From positions 1-41,612 of the forward strand of contig DALYUA010000001.1 of NCBI GenBank assembly GCA_031993245.1: a DNA stretch of 41,612 nucleotides, written 5' to 3'. The DNA is from Buttiauxella sp. Its GTDB lineage: Bacteria > Pseudomonadota > Gammaproteobacteria > Enterobacterales > Enterobacteriaceae. The notes beneath the pieces were generated by a model. That model saw only the letters and a program-made list of their open reading frames with translations. It searched no databases and was not told the origin of the DNA. A program made the position numbers and the translations under genes. Shown piece after piece: positions 12,687 to 26,031 of the stretch; position 1 is the first letter of the stretch, and every line of letters begins with the position of its first letter.

Positions 12687-13403
12687 ATGCGTCCATCAGG
12701 TCGTAGCGCCGAACAAGTGCGCCCAGTCACCCTGACCCGTAATTACACCAAACACGCTGAAGGTTCCGTGCTGGTCGAGTTTGGCGATACCAAAGTTTTA
12801 TGCACTGCCACCGTTGAAGAGGGCGTACCGCGCTTTCTGAAAGGGCAGGGGCAAGGTTGGATCACCGCAGAATACGGCATGCTGCCGCGTTCCACCCACA
12901 GCCGTAATGCCCGCGAAGCGGCGAAAGGAAAACAGGGTGGCCGCACCCTGGAAATCCAGCGTCTGATTGCCCGTTCTTTGCGTGCAGCAGTGGATTTGAA
13001 AATCCTCGGTGAATATACCATCACTCTGGATTGTGATGTGCTGCAGGCTGACGGCGGTACCCGTACCGCATCTATCACCGGCGCCTGTGTTGCACTGGCC
13101 GACGCGCTGAATAAACTGGTCGCTACTGGCAAGCTGAAAACCAATCCGATGAAAGGAATGGTTGCTGCGGTTTCCGTTGGTATCGTTAAGGGCGAAGCGG
13201 TTTGCGATCTTGAATATATTGAAGATTCTGCAGCGGAAACCGACATGAATGTCGTGATGATGGAAGATGGTCGTATGATTGAGATTCAGGGCACTGCCGA
13301 AGGCGAGCCGTTCTCTCATGAAGAGTTGCTGACGCTGCTGGCGCTGGCGCGAGGGGGAATTGAATCGATCGTCACGTCGCAGAAGGCGGCGCTAGGAAAT
13401 TGA
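12687..13403 (+). CDS. rph: Ribonuclease PH, full length
   Basis: ATG 12687 after ggag; 238 aa MRPSGRS...; [18 protein letters not shown]; intact C-terminus. Confidence 0.98.
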   Translation: MRPSGRSAEQVRPVTLTRNYTKHAEGSVLVEFGDTKVLCTATVEEGVPRFLKGQGQGWITAEYGMLPRSTHSRNAREAAKGKQGGRTLEIQRLIARSLRAAVDLKILGEYTITLDCDVLQADGGTRTASITGACVALADALNKLVATGKLKTNPMKGMVAAVSVGIVKGEAVCDLEYIEDSAAETDMNVVMMEDGRMIEIQGTAEGEPFSHEELLTLLALARGGIESIVTSQKAALGN

Positions 13404-13408
13404 TTTTT

Positions 13409-13435
13409 AAGGCGACTGAAGCAGTCGCCTTTTTT
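13409..13435 (+). terminator. pyrE attenuator (UTP-sensitive intrinsic terminator)
   Basis: aaggcgactg-aag-cagtcgcctt plus T-run directly after the rph stop, the known rph-pyrE attenuator position. Confidence 0.85.
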
Positions 13436-13465
13436 ATGTCTGAAGAAACGCAAAGGAGCGAATCC

Positions 13466-14107
13466 ATGAAACCGTATCAGCGCCAGTTTATTGAATTTGC
13501 GCTTAACAAGCAGGTACTAAAGTTTGGCGAGTTCACGCTGAAATCCGGGCGTACCAGTCCCTATTTCTTCAACGCCGGCCTGTTTAATACCGGGCGCGAT
13601 CTGGCGCTGCTGGGCCGTTTTTACGCCGCCGCGCTAATGGATTCCGGCATCGATTTTGATTTGCTGTTTGGGCCTGCTTACAAAGGCATTCCTATCGCAA
13701 CGACCACCGCGGTTGCGCTGGCAGAACATCATGAACGCGATGTGCCTTATTGCTTCAACCGTAAAGAAGCCAAAGATCATGGTGAAGGTGGTAACCTGGT
13801 GGGCAGCACGCTTCAGGGCCGCGTGATGCTGGTGGATGACGTTATTACTGCGGGTACCGCGATCCGTGAATCTATGGAAATCATCGCGGCAAACTCCGCA
13901 ACGCTTACGGGCGTGCTGATTTCCCTGGACCGCCAGGAACGTGGACGCGGTGAAATCTCTGCTATCCAGGAGGTCGAGCGTGATTACCACTGCAAGGTGA
14001 TTTCTATTATCACGCTAAAAGATTTAATTGCGTATCTGGAAGAGAAGCCGGAGATGGCTGCAAACCTGGCGGCGGTACAGGAATACCGCGACGAGTATGG
14101 CGTATAA
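13466..14107 (+). CDS. pyrE: Orotate phosphoribosyltransferase
   Basis: ATG 13466 after aaggag; 213 aa; PRPP motif [13 protein letters not shown]. Confidence 0.98.
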   Translation: MKPYQRQFIEFALNKQVLKFGEFTLKSGRTSPYFFNAGLFNTGRDLALLGRFYAAALMDSGIDFDLLFGPAYKGIPIATTTAVALAEHHERDVPYCFNRKEAKDHGEGGNLVGSTLQGRVMLVDDVITAGTAIRESMEIIAANSATLTGVLISLDRQERGRGEISAIQEVERDYHCKVISIITLKDLIAYLEEKPEMAANLAAVQEYRDEYGV

Positions 14108-14134
14108 GAAAAAGGGCCGCTAAAGGCCCTTTTC
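14108..14134. terminator. Bidirectional terminator between pyrE and slmA
   Basis: aaaagggcc-gctaaa-ggccctttt between convergent stops. Confidence 0.8.
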
Positions 14135-14137
14135 AGT

Positions 14138-14734
14138 TTAACGAAGCTGTGCGGCAACTAATGGCCAGCGGGTGTCAAAATCATCCGTTGGCAAATAGCG
14201 GAACTCGCTGCGCACGAAGCGAGAAAGCATCCCTTCGCAGAAGGCCAGAAGCTGGCCTGCCAGCAGCGCTTCATCGGTAACGTAACCTTCCCCTTCACGC
14301 ATTTTTTTCTCGCGCATAACCTGCCGTAGCTGCACTTCGATGCGCTCAAAAAGCTGGTTGATGCGGCCCTGTAAGCGATCCTGTTCGAACATCAGCGCGT
14401 GGCCGGTCAGAATACGGGTCAGGCCGGGATTTTTTTCACCGAAACCAAGCACCAGCAGGACGATAAGGCGCAGGCGGGCCAGCGTATCTTTTTCATCTTT
14501 CAGGATGAGATTGATGCGGGTGATAAGACTGTCTTCAATAAACTCGATAAGGCTGTCGAACATTTTCGTTTTGCTGGGAAAATGACGATACAGCGCCGCT
14601 TCAGAAACGCCCACCGTGGCTGCAAGTTTAGCGGTAGTGATGCGTTGGCTACCGTCGCTGGATTCAAGCATCTGGGCCAGAGACTGAAGTATTTCCTCGC
14701 GACGATTCCTTTTCGCAGTCTGTTTTTCTGCCAT
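14138..14734 (-). CDS. slmA: Nucleoid occlusion factor SlmA
   Basis: 198 aa TetR family; [25 protein letters not shown]. Confidence 0.97.
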   Translation of the reverse strand: MAEKQTAKRNRREEILQSLAQMLESSDGSQRITTAKLAATVGVSEAALYRHFPSKTKMFDSLIEFIEDSLITRINLILKDEKDTLARLRLIVLLVLGFGEKNPGLTRILTGHALMFEQDRLQGRINQLFERIEVQLRQVMREKKMREGEGYVTDEALLAGQLLAFCEGMLSRFVRSEFRYLPTDDFDTRWPLVAAQLR

Positions 14735-14856
14735 GTTTTAAAATACCCCTGAAATAAAGCACCTGCCAGGCAAGCAGCCACACAGCGCCCGCAAGCACGC
14801 CGCTTGCGGTTTGTTTTAACGTTATAAATGTGTGTGGTTACGTGTATGAAACGAGC

Positions 14857-15315
14857 TTACTGACGACCGGAATGGCCAAAACCACCTTCGCCACGGTCGC
14901 TGGTATCAAAGTCTTCGACCAGGTTGAATTCGGCCTGTACAACGGGCACGAACACCATCTGTGCAATGCGTTCGCCCGGCTCAATTGTGAAGCTATCTTG
15001 CCCACGATTCCAGACGGATACCATTAACTGACCCTGGTAATCAGAATCTATCAGCCCTACCAGGTTGCCAAGAACCACGCCGTGCTTATGGCCAAGTCCG
15101 GAGCGTGGCAGGATGACGGCCGCGAGAGACGGATCGCCGATATGAATTGCAAGTCCGGTTGGCACCAGTGTGGTTACGCCCGGGGCCAGCTCTACGGCTT
15201 CGTCCAGACATGCACGTAGATCGAGTCCGGCAGAGCCGGAAGTAGCATAAGTCGGCAGTGGGAACTGCTGACCCACGCGCGGGTCCAGAATCTTAACGTC
15301 GATTTTTTTCATCAT
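14857..15315 (-). CDS. dut: dUTP diphosphatase
   Basis: [30 protein letters not shown] motifs. Confidence 0.98.
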   Translation of the reverse strand: MMKKIDVKILDPRVGQQFPLPTYATSGSAGLDLRACLDEAVELAPGVTTLVPTGLAIHIGDPSLAAVILPRSGLGHKHGVVLGNLVGLIDSDYQGQLMVSVWNRGQDSFTIEPGERIAQMVFVPVVQAEFNLVEDFDTSDRGEGGFGHSGRQ

Positions 15316-16507
15316 AACGGGTAACGATCTCGTTCAATAAAAGATGGCCAAGGAGTGACTTATCGCTTAACGGTAAGACTTTATCTCCCTCCTGCCAGAA
15401 AAGGTGTAACGCGTTGCTGTCGCTATTAAAGCCCTGACCGATTTGTGAAACATCATTGGCACAAATCAGGTCGAGGTTTTTTTTGATACGCTTTTGCCGG
15501 GCGTATTCTTCCACATTAGTTGTTTCGGCGGCAAACCCAACAACATAAGGACGGTTAGCAGAAAGCACGGCGACGCCTGCAACAATATCCGGGTTTTTAA
15601 CCATTTTTAATGTGATTTCAGCGCCTTGCTTTTTAATTTTTTCATCCGCAACGCTCGCCGCACGATAATCTGCTACGGCTGCACAGCCGATAAAAATATG
15701 CTGACCCGACACATTTTGTTGAACGGCAGCTTCCATTTCCAGAGCGGAGGTGACGTCAATGCGTTTCACCCATGCCGGAGTAGATAAGGCAACCGGGCCT
15801 GAAACCAGCGTCACATTTGCGCCCCGAGCGGCGGCAGCGGCGGCAATGGCGTATCCCATTTTGCCCGAGCTGTCGTTGGTGATATAGCGTACCGGATCGA
15901 GGCGCTCACGCGTCGGACCGGCGGTAATCATGACGTTAAGATGTTGCAGATCTTTGACGACGCTAAAATGACCAACGGCCAGTTCCACGATCTCTAACGG
16001 GTCGAGCATACGACCGGGGCCTACATCACCACAGGCCTGGCTGCCGCTGTCTGGCCCCCATATCAATAAACCGCGGGAAGTCAGTATCTCAAGGTTGTGC
16101 TGGGTTGCTGCTGCACGATACATCTGTTGGTTCATGGCGGGAACAACCGCGACAGGTGCGGGGGTTGCAAGACAAATAGTACTAACCAGATCGTTCGCCA
16201 TGCCTGCCGCTACGCGGGCAATCAAATCGGCAGTGGCGGGGGCGAGAATAACCAAATCTGCCCATTTCCCCAGTTCAATATGGCCCATCGCTGCTTCCGC
16301 GGCGGGATCAAGCAAACTGTCTGATACCGGGTATCCGGATACGGCCTGCAGGCTCAATGGCGTAATGAAGGCTTTTGCCGCCTCGGTCATTGCCACACGT
16401 ACATCTGCTCCGCGATCGCGCAGACGGCGCACCAGCTCAGGTGTTTTATAGGCTGCGATACCGCCACTGACACACAGAACAATTTTTTTGCCGGAAAGCC
16501 CCATCAT
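15293..16507 (-). CDS. coaBC: Bifunctional phosphopantothenoylcysteine decarboxylase/synthetase CoaBC (Dfp)
   Basis: Start moved to ATG 16507 ([10 protein letters not shown]); [35 protein letters not shown]. Confidence 0.97.
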   Translation of the reverse strand: MMGLSGKKIVLCVSGGIAAYKTPELVRRLRDRGADVRVAMTEAAKAFITPLSLQAVSGYPVSDSLLDPAAEAAMGHIELGKWADLVILAPATADLIARVAAGMANDLVSTICLATPAPVAVVPAMNQQMYRAAATQHNLEILTSRGLLIWGPDSGSQACGDVGPGRMLDPLEIVELAVGHFSVVKDLQHLNVMITAGPTRERLDPVRYITNDSSGKMGYAIAAAAAARGANVTLVSGPVALSTPAWVKRIDVTSALEMEAAVQQNVSGQHIFIGCAAVADYRAASVADEKIKKQGAEITLKMVKNPDIVAGVAVLSANRPYVVGFAAETTNVEEYARQKRIKKNLDLICANDVSQIGQGFNSDSNALHLFWQEGDKVLPLSDKSLLGHLLLNEIVTRYDEKNRR

Positions 16508-16541
16508 GATTTTTCCCACCGCAAGTCTTAATCGTGGGCCT

Positions 16542-16550
16542 ATTTTATCA
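16542..16550 (-). promoter_or_regulatory. Putative extended -10 promoter for coaBC-dut
   Basis: Minus strand TGaTAAAAT, about 35 nt upstream of the coaBC start. Confidence 0.5.
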
Positions 16551-16576
16551 CACTCCTCAGGCCACAACTTTTTGCT

Positions 16577-16598
16577 ATTTGCGAGATATCCCGCACGC
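16577..16598. promoter_or_regulatory. CRP-S (Sxy/TfoX-dependent CRP) site upstream of yicR
   Basis: Core TGCGA-gatatc-CCGCA (16580-16595) against consensus TGCGA-N6-TCGCA, with a T-rich upstream flank. Confidence 0.65.
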
Positions 16599-16681
16599 TG
16601 AAAATCTCCACATCGCGAGTAGCCAGGCAGTCGTGCACAATGGCTGCACAAAGGGATGCGGAGGTTCTGATGGAGATAAAA

Positions 16682-17347
16682 ATGGACTGGGATAAAAGCG
16701 GCTTGCCGCGCGAGAAGCTCCTCAAGTTTGGCGTCAGCTCTTTAACCGATGTGGAACTATTGGCGCTCTTTTTACGCACGGGTTTAAGGGATATGAACGT
16801 ACTGACCCTGGCAAACGTCCTGCTGGAAAGGTTTGGTTCCCTGAGCCGTTTGCTGTCGGCAGATTATTCGCAGTTTAAGGACATTAAAGGAATTGGTGAG
16901 GCCAAATACACCCAGTTGAATGCGGTTGCAGAGCTGGCAAGGCGCTATTACGCCTCGCGTGGGGTAGAAGAACTCACGTTGAAGAGCCCTGATACCGTGC
17001 GGGAATTTATCCAGAGCCAGCTGACCACGGAAGAGCGTGAGATCTTTATGGTGATATTTCTCGACAACCAGCATCGAATTATCAAACACGTGCCGATGTT
17101 TTCCGGAACGCTGAATCATGTCGAGGTACATCCCCGGGAAATTGTGCGCGAAGCGATGAAATCTAATGCAGCGGCGGTCATTCTTGCGCATAATCACCCG
17201 TCGGGTAGGGCCGAACCGAGCAAAGCTGACCGTGCCATTACCGAACGTATCGTGAAAGCCTGCCTTTTTATGGAAATTCGCGTGCTTGACCATTTAGTTA
17301 TTGGTCGCGGAGAGTACGTTTCTTTTGCTGAACGCGGGTGGGTTTAA
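16682..17347 (+). CDS. yicR: RadC-like JAB domain protein YicR (UPF0758)
   Basis: ATG 16682 after ggag; PREKLL, HPREIV, AHNHPSG...S..D JAB motif. Confidence 0.95.
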   Translation: MDWDKSGLPREKLLKFGVSSLTDVELLALFLRTGLRDMNVLTLANVLLERFGSLSRLLSADYSQFKDIKGIGEAKYTQLNAVAELARRYYASRGVEELTLKSPDTVREFIQSQLTTEEREIFMVIFLDNQHRIIKHVPMFSGTLNHVEVHPREIVREAMKSNAAAVILAHNHPSGRAEPSKADRAITERIVKACLFMEIRVLDHLVIGRGEYVSFAERGWV

Positions 17348-17389
17348 GCCAATTTGCGCGATCCATGGGGATCTTTGTCTGTTCGGGAC

Positions 17390-17418
17390 TTGAGCACATG
17401 CGTCAGGCAGCGTATACT
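17390..17418 (+). promoter_or_regulatory. sigma70 promoter for rpmB-rpmG
   Basis: TTGAGC (17390-17395), 17-nt spacer, TATACT (17413-17418). Confidence 0.75.
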
Positions 17419-17541
17419 ACGCCACCTTTGAGAATCTCGGGTTTGGCATTATGCGCCTGGCACTGTGGTTCACATTGAACCGCCAGGGACCAGGCTTGCA
17501 GCCTGACGAGGCGCCATAACCCTATACGAAGCTCGAGCTAA

Positions 17542-17799
<258 letters not shown>

Positions 17800-17809
17800 G
17801 AGGAACTAA

Positions 17810-17980
<171 letters not shown>

Positions 17981-17997
17981 TTTTAGTGACTTTGATG

Positions 17998-18025
17998 AAA
18001 AACCTCGCTTCGGCGGGGTTTTTTT
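17998..18025 (+). terminator. Intrinsic terminator after rpmG
   Basis: aaaaacctcgc-ttcg-gcggggttttttt. Confidence 0.85.
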
Positions 18026-18052
18026 GTTTTGCGCTTTATGCCCGGAGGAGAA

Positions 18053-20116
<2,064 letters not shown>

Positions 20117-20117
<1 letters not shown>

Positions 20118-21391
20118 TAATGGCTCCGCTGCGGCAGATAAGGTTGCAGTAACTGTAGCAAACGTTGTAATGCGCCCTGGTTTTGATGCAGCACTTCTAC
20201 CGCGTGGCGACCATAGTACAAACGATAGTCTTCATCGGTAAGCAGCGTGGTAATTTCGGTCACCAGCGACTCGGCGTCGCTGACGGCGATCATGCCGTCA
20301 GCCTGCTGTAGTTTGGCGCAGATATCTTTGAAGTTGAAAATGTGCGGGCCCATCAGCACGGGGATGGCGTGAGCCGCTGGCTCCAGCGGGTTGTGTCCGC
20401 CTCGTTCCACCAGGCTGCCGCCAACAAATGCCAGATCGGCAATGCCGTACAGCAGCATAAGCTCGCCCATCGAATCGCCAATCACCACCTGGGTGCTGCC
20501 CGATGGGATTTCACCGCTGCTGCGCAGCGTGTAACTGAACCCGCTTTTTTGCACCAGCTCTTTGGCATCCTTAAAGCGTTCCGGATGGCGTGGTACCAGA
20601 ATCAGTAACAGATCGGGGAATTTCGCCAGCAGCTGGCGGTGCGCATCCAGGATAATGCTTTCTTCGCCATCGTGAGTGCTGGTAGCAATCCAGACTTTAC
20701 GGCGTGGAGCCCACTGGCGACGCAGCGTGATGGCGCGCGCGGCCAGCTCCGGCGTGACAGAAATATCAAACTTCAGGCTGCCGGTAACCGTAAGCTGGGA
20801 GCGTTTCAGACCCAGCTCAAGGAAGCGACCGGCATCCTCTTCATTCTGCGCGGCGATAAGTGTGATTCTGCTCATCAGGCGGCGCGTGAAATTACCGAGC
20901 TTTTTATAACCTTTCGCGGAGCGCTCGGATAAGCGAGCGTTGGCGATGACCAACGGGATCTTGCGGTTATGCAGCGCGGTAATCATGTTCGGCCACAGCT
21001 CTGTTTCCATAACGATCACCAATTTCGGGCGCACAGTATCCAAAAAACGGTTCATGGCGCAGGGCAAATCGTAAGGCAGATAAACATGGTGGACGTTTTT
21101 ACCGAAGGCCGACTGTACTCGTTCGGAACCGGTTGGTGTCATCGTGGTGACAGTAATAGGAATAGTCGGGTAACGATGGCGCAGAGCTCGAACCAGTGGG
21201 ATCGCTGCAAGGGTTTCCCCTACGGAGACGGAATGCAGCATGATACCGTCCGGCGCTACTTTCCCTCGACAAAAGCCATAGCGTTCTGCCCAGCGTTTAC
21301 GGTACGCAGGAGCTTTACGGCTACGGAGCAAAAGTCGCAGCCACACGAAGGGCTGAATGAGATAGAGCAGAGCGGTATACAATGATTCCAA
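20117..21391 (-). CDS. waaA: Kdo transferase
   Basis: Probable TTG start at 21391 (424 aa; ATG 21412 is an alternative); [23 protein letters not shown]. Confidence 0.96.
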
Positions 21392-21553
21392 GCGAATTTT
21401 CCGTATTTTCATTATCGGCGGGCAAATTCTAAGCATTCACAGGGCGTAAAGCTATTGTTTTGGTGATATTCGACGGCTTTACCGATTGTTCGGATAATCT
21501 GACGGCGAAAAACCACTTTGCGGGCCGTTGGATACAGCCCGCGACTAGCAAAG

Positions 21554-22549
21554 TTATCCGGGCACTCGCGTTGCTTTTTTCAGCTTCAGGTATCGGCGGC
21601 CTAAGCGCCAGCGCAGACGGAAACCCCGGGCATTCTTCCAGATAAGACGCCAGATCCCGCGGTCGAAAAACTCCTGGATTATCATTTTTTTCTTCTGCGG
21701 GTCCTTCATATTATTGAACGTATGCAGGATCCCAAGGCCTTCTTTGGCTATCTGCCAGTTGCAGGCCGGAATATTTTTTACCTGTTCCGGATAGCGCTGG
21801 TTAATGATCTCCAGCATTTCGAGGATTTTGATGTAATGGCGTGCCGAGCGGATTAGCGTGTCATCGGTATCTGGTTTATGGGAAACCGAGGCGGAATGAA
21901 TGTAGTAGTCGTAAAATCTTTCGCTGGTGTACTGAACGCGCTGCGCTGCGAGTAACACTTCAGTGGTCCACGGAATATCCTGATGACGTAAGCCTGGTTC
22001 GAATTTAAAACCGTGCTCGCGGATAAAGTCATGGCGGTAGAGGTTCAGCCAGGTAACATGCAAAAACTTACGGGAATCCAGCGCCTTCTTCAGCCAGGCG
22101 GGGCCGCTCATTACGCCAGTTGACTGCAGTTTGTCTTCAGGGAAGATTGGGCGCGATGGTTTTTTATTGTTTTCATAGACATAGTTGCCATTACAGGTGA
22201 CGACATCCAGATGACTTGCCAGCGCCAGATCCAGCAGGTGGCGGTACATACCCGGTTTGAAATCGTCGTCAATGTCCGGGAAAGAGAGATACTGCCCCGT
22301 TGCCGCAGCAAGGCCGGTATTACGCGCGATAGATACGCCCTGGTTTTCCTGCTCAATAACCAACATACCCGGAAACCTGTCGCGCCAGGCGTCGATAACC
22401 GTCATGGAACCATCGGTTGAACCATCGTTCACCATGATGACTTCCATTCCTTCGATGGCCTGAGCTTCGAGGCAGGCGAAAAACTTCGCCAGGAAAAGTT
22501 CGCCGTTATAGACAGCAACGACAACGCTAAGTAAAGGGGTCTGGAGCAT
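21554..22549 (-). CDS. GT2 glycosyltransferase, positionally the Klebsiella orf10/WabO-type core transferase
   Basis: ATG 22549 (MLQTPLLSVVVAVYN); NDGSTD, ENQGVSIARN, DIDD; between wabH and waaA. Specificity inferred from synteny only. Confidence 0.75.
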   Translation of the reverse strand: MLQTPLLSVVVAVYNGELFLAKFFACLEAQAIEGMEVIMVNDGSTDGSMTVIDAWRDRFPGMLVIEQENQGVSIARNTGLAAATGQYLSFPDIDDDFKPGMYRHLLDLALASHLDVVTCNGNYVYENNKKPSRPIFPEDKLQSTGVMSGPAWLKKALDSRKFLHVTWLNLYRHDFIREHGFKFEPGLRHQDIPWTTEVLLAAQRVQYTSERFYDYYIHSASVSHKPDTDDTLIRSARHYIKILEMLEIINQRYPEQVKNIPACNWQIAKEGLGILHTFNNMKDPQKKKMIIQEFFDRGIWRLIWKNARGFRLRWRLGRRYLKLKKATRVPG

Positions 22550-22569
22550 AAAGTTACCTGAAAGTACTG

Positions 22570-23670
22570 TTATATTTTTTCTTTCGCCAGCGACAAATAC
22601 TGCTGGCAAATGGCACTGGTGCTGTAGGACTCAACGGTGCTGGCATCGATAACCGGTGGGTTGTTATAGATATCCACTATTGTATCCGCCAGCTGGCGAT
22701 CGCTCATGCCTGAGAGACCGCGTGCCAGCGTCCCTGTGAGTATTTCTTCCGGGCCGCCCGGACAATGAGTGCTGACCGCAGGCGTCTGGCAGATAAGCGC
22801 TTCAACCAGTACGTTGCCAAAGCCTTCACAGTCTGAGCTCAGAAGCAGCAGGCGGGCATTAGCTATCCACGGATAGGGGTTAGGCACGAAGGATTTGAAG
22901 ATGACGCGGTCGGCAACGCCTGCGGCAACGGCCATCGTTTTTATCTCTTGAACGCGTTCATCGCTGCCGTTACCCATCAGGATTAATGGCGCCTGAATGC
23001 CGCTCAATGCATAGGCTTTGATGAGCCGGTCATGGCGTTTGTGCTCATGGAAACGGCCAACGTGGATGAGATAATCCTGGCCTGACATTTCACAGTGCTC
23101 TTTAGCGCGCTGTTGAATACCGTCGATATCAAAAGGGTTATGAATGACTGTGCTATTTGCAGGCGTTATGTCGAAACGCTCGGTAATGTCGTGCAGCACC
23201 GCCTTCGACACAGCGACTACGTTGCTGTTCTCATAAACGCGTTTTATTTTCTGGCGTTTTATCCAGCGGGAGAAACCGTGGCGATGCAGAAGATAAGAGA
23301 AAGAGAACATTCCGTGTACGCAATACCACAGCTTTTCGCGTGGAATGGTTCTGGAGTGCGCGACGATGCGGTCAGTTTTATGCAAATGGGAGAAAATAAG
23401 ATCAAATTTTCCCGTTTTTTGCGCCTTCTCTACGGCCTTATCCAGCAACGCTGCCCGACGAGATAACTCGGTGAGCTTGCGCCAGGGTTTTCTACAGGTA
23501 TCCAGAATGATTTGGTAATCGACCCCGTCCGGGATCTCATAGTCACAGACGCGACGCAAAGAGAAGATCGAGACCTGATGGCCCATACCGACCAGCCCCC
23601 TGGAAAGGGTCAGCACGGTTTTCTCAGCGCCGCCGCCGGGTAATCCATCGATAATCATTAGGATGCGCAT
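22570..23670 (-). CDS. wabH: GT4 LPS outer-core GlcNAc transferase (WabH type)
   Basis: 366 aa; GGGAEK, EGFGNVLVEAL (E-x7-E); follows wabG. Confidence 0.75.
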   Translation of the reverse strand: MRILMIIDGLPGGGAEKTVLTLSRGLVGMGHQVSIFSLRRVCDYEIPDGVDYQIILDTCRKPWRKLTELSRRAALLDKAVEKAQKTGKFDLIFSHLHKTDRIVAHSRTIPREKLWYCVHGMFSFSYLLHRHGFSRWIKRQKIKRVYENSNVVAVSKAVLHDITERFDITPANSTVIHNPFDIDGIQQRAKEHCEMSGQDYLIHVGRFHEHKRHDRLIKAYALSGIQAPLILMGNGSDERVQEIKTMAVAAGVADRVIFKSFVPNPYPWIANARLLLLSSDCEGFGNVLVEALICQTPAVSTHCPGGPEEILTGTLARGLSGMSDRQLADTIVDIYNNPPVIDASTVESYSTSAICQQYLSLAKEKI

Positions 23671-23673
23671 CGT

Positions 23674-24801
23674 CTAATCCAGTATGTTTTGATACAGCGA
23701 AATAAGTTGCTGTGAAAGTTTTTCCGGCGTCGCTTCCTTGACCCGCTCACGTGCATGAATTCCCATGATTTCGTTCAGGTGCCGCGCAGGGATAGCCATC
23801 ACCGCATCCGACAGTTCCTGAATGTTCAGGGCATCGCAAACATATCCATTTTGTCCGGTCGTTATAAATTCAGCCCCACCGCAGGTGGGCGTAGTAATAA
23901 CCGGTAAACCACATGCCATAGCTTCCAGGATCACATTGGGGAAAGGATCATAGAGCGTTGGTAGCAATAATGCGTCAGCGGCCTGATAAAACGGTAGCGT
24001 ATTTTTCTGCATCCCCATGAATATTACCCGATCCTGACATCCCAGAGATTGTGCCAGCGCTCGATAAATTTTTTCCGCTTTGTCTTGCCCCACCACAATC
24101 AGATAGCGATCGCTATTAGCGACAGCCCGGATAGCGCTGGCAAGTCCCTTGCGTTCAAATCCGGAACCCACAAACACCAGCACGACAGCCTGCTGTGGAA
24201 GATTGATTTCATCTCGCCAGGTTGCCCGTTGTTCGGGCGTAGCCGGAACGAAGCGGGAGGAGTCAATAGCATTATAGATGACATGTATCTTATTAGCAGG
24301 TATAGCAAAATCTTCGATAATTTCGCGTTTCACCATTTCGGCGTTGCAGATGACCGCTTTCAGCTCGGGCGCCTGATACATCGCCTGCTCAGCCTGCATC
24401 ACATAGCGGTGATAACGATCGCGAAGCAGCAGTTGCTGACGCCATGCCGGCAGGATCCGGGTGCGCTGAAGTAACCAGCGACGATGCACTCCGTCGCCGG
24501 CGCGGTAGATATCGCAGCCAGCTATACGTTCATGGCTCTGCACCAGGTCAAAATTTTCACGTTGCCACAAGTCTCGTGCGGCATCCGCAAAGCCTTTCTC
24601 ACGGCTGATGCGGCCCCATTTCATGGGATCGCAAATATGGATATGCCAGTTCTCCTGACGCTCGCCCTGCCACTGACGAGTAATAACGTTCAGCTCCAGG
24701 TCATGCGCGCTCAGCGCTTCCAGGGCACGTGAGACAAAGCGTTCGGCACCGCCGTCCGGACGGTACTTTTGGCGGACAATGGCCAGACGGCAGCGTTTCA
24801 T
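23674..24801 (-). CDS. wabG: GT4 LPS core galacturonosyltransferase (WabG type)
   Basis: 375 aa; RQKYRPDGGAERF, YRAGDGVH, YDPFPNVILEAMA; follows waaQ. Confidence 0.8.
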   Translation of the reverse strand: MKRCRLAIVRQKYRPDGGAERFVSRALEALSAHDLELNVITRQWQGERQENWHIHICDPMKWGRISREKGFADAARDLWQRENFDLVQSHERIAGCDIYRAGDGVHRRWLLQRTRILPAWRQQLLLRDRYHRYVMQAEQAMYQAPELKAVICNAEMVKREIIEDFAIPANKIHVIYNAIDSSRFVPATPEQRATWRDEINLPQQAVVLVFVGSGFERKGLASAIRAVANSDRYLIVVGQDKAEKIYRALAQSLGCQDRVIFMGMQKNTLPFYQAADALLLPTLYDPFPNVILEAMACGLPVITTPTCGGAEFITTGQNGYVCDALNIQELSDAVMAIPARHLNEIMGIHARERVKEATPEKLSQQLISLYQNILD

Positions 24802-25874
24802 GACAGCTGTTTCCTTGCGCTCGTAACCACGGCATCCACTGGAATCGCATCCAGATAGCGCTCGCTGGTTTTCGTATCAATTTGATCCGGATTGGGAAGC
24901 GGACCGTAATCACCGGCCCAGATAACCTCGCCTTTTACCTGCCAGGGACTCCAGAAAGTGAGTTTTGACGGACCAAACAGGGCGATGCAGGGAGTCTGTA
25001 GTGCAGCAGCCATATGCATGGGAACGGAGTCGACGCCGATAAAAAGGCTGGCATGATCGATAAGCGCGGCTAGCTGGCGCAGGCTTAAGTCGCCTGCCAG
25101 GGAGAAAATGCGTTCGGCTGGACATAACGCGCGAATGGTTTCGATCATCGCTTTTTCGTTCTTATCCGGCCCGGATGTAAGCACAATTGTGTGGCCATCT
25201 TTCTGTAGTGCGGAAATCGTCGCTGCCATTTTTCCTTCATCCCAACATTTAAAGAACCAGCGGGATGTGGGCTGCACCACGATAAATGACCCCTCAACGC
25301 CTTTGGTATTCAGCTTCGCCTGAACGGCCAGCCAGTCATCTGGCTGATAACTCATGGTGACATCATTAACGGGAGGAATATTCAGGGGAGCCAGAATGGA
25401 AAGATTTTGCTCGACGGTATGCATGGTTTGGTGGCCAGTAACGGGTGCGAGCTGAGTATGGCATTGGCTCCAGAACCAGCCACGGCGTTTGTTGAAATCA
25501 AACCCGATGCGGGCTGGTGCACCTGTAAAGCGAGTGACGATAGCGCTACGCCACTGATCGGCAAGGTTTACCACCAGGCTATACCGCTGCTGACGCAGCA
25601 TTTTCAGGAGCTGCCACTCTTTGCATAAATGCTGCCGGGTGCCAAGTTTGCGCCATTTACGATCGATACCGTAGATGCGATGTATAAAAGGATGCGCCGC
25701 CAGCATATCGCGTGTTTCTTCATAAAGCAGAACATCAATCTGAGCCTGTGGCCATGCCTGATGCAGCGCATTGATCACCGGTGTTGTCAGCAACATATCA
25801 CCGTGATGGCGCATTTTTATGAGTAATATACGAGTTTGCGGCCCGTCAGCGAGTGTATGCACAGCGTTATTCAT
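24798..25874 (-). CDS. waaQ: LPS heptosyltransferase III
   Basis: GT9; IKMRHHGDMLL, PTSRWFFKCW, GVDSVPMHMAAAL. Start at 25874 or 25880. Confidence 0.9.
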   Translation of the reverse strand: MNNAVHTLADGPQTRILLIKMRHHGDMLLTTPVINALHQAWPQAQIDVLLYEETRDMLAAHPFIHRIYGIDRKWRKLGTRQHLCKEWQLLKMLRQQRYSLVVNLADQWRSAIVTRFTGAPARIGFDFNKRRGWFWSQCHTQLAPVTGHQTMHTVEQNLSILAPLNIPPVNDVTMSYQPDDWLAVQAKLNTKGVEGSFIVVQPTSRWFFKCWDEGKMAATISALQKDGHTIVLTSGPDKNEKAMIETIRALCPAERIFSLAGDLSLRQLAALIDHASLFIGVDSVPMHMAAALQTPCIALFGPSKLTFWSPWQVKGEVIWAGDYGPLPNPDQIDTKTSERYLDAIPVDAVVTSARKQLS

Positions 25875-26031
25875 TATCATCTTTAGGTGATTAACCAAAG
25901 CGTGATTCTAATAGACCTTGGGTGTGGTTGCTACAATTCTACTCAGGAGTCAGTACATTCCTGGAAAGCGGTTTGCCCTTATCTGGCAGGCTGCGTAACA
26001 TGGTGTAAACATCGTTAGCTCAGAGACGGCA

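Noticed and set aside
12651..13465. Longer N-termini in the ORF track for rph and pyrE (also gmk, coaBC, hldD, tdh, mutM)
   Set aside because: Downstream starts have an RBS or match the canonical protein N-terminus and length.
16682..17347. RadC-like gene as a marker of a mobile element
   Set aside because: This is the full-length core yicR at its normal position between coaBC and rpmB.
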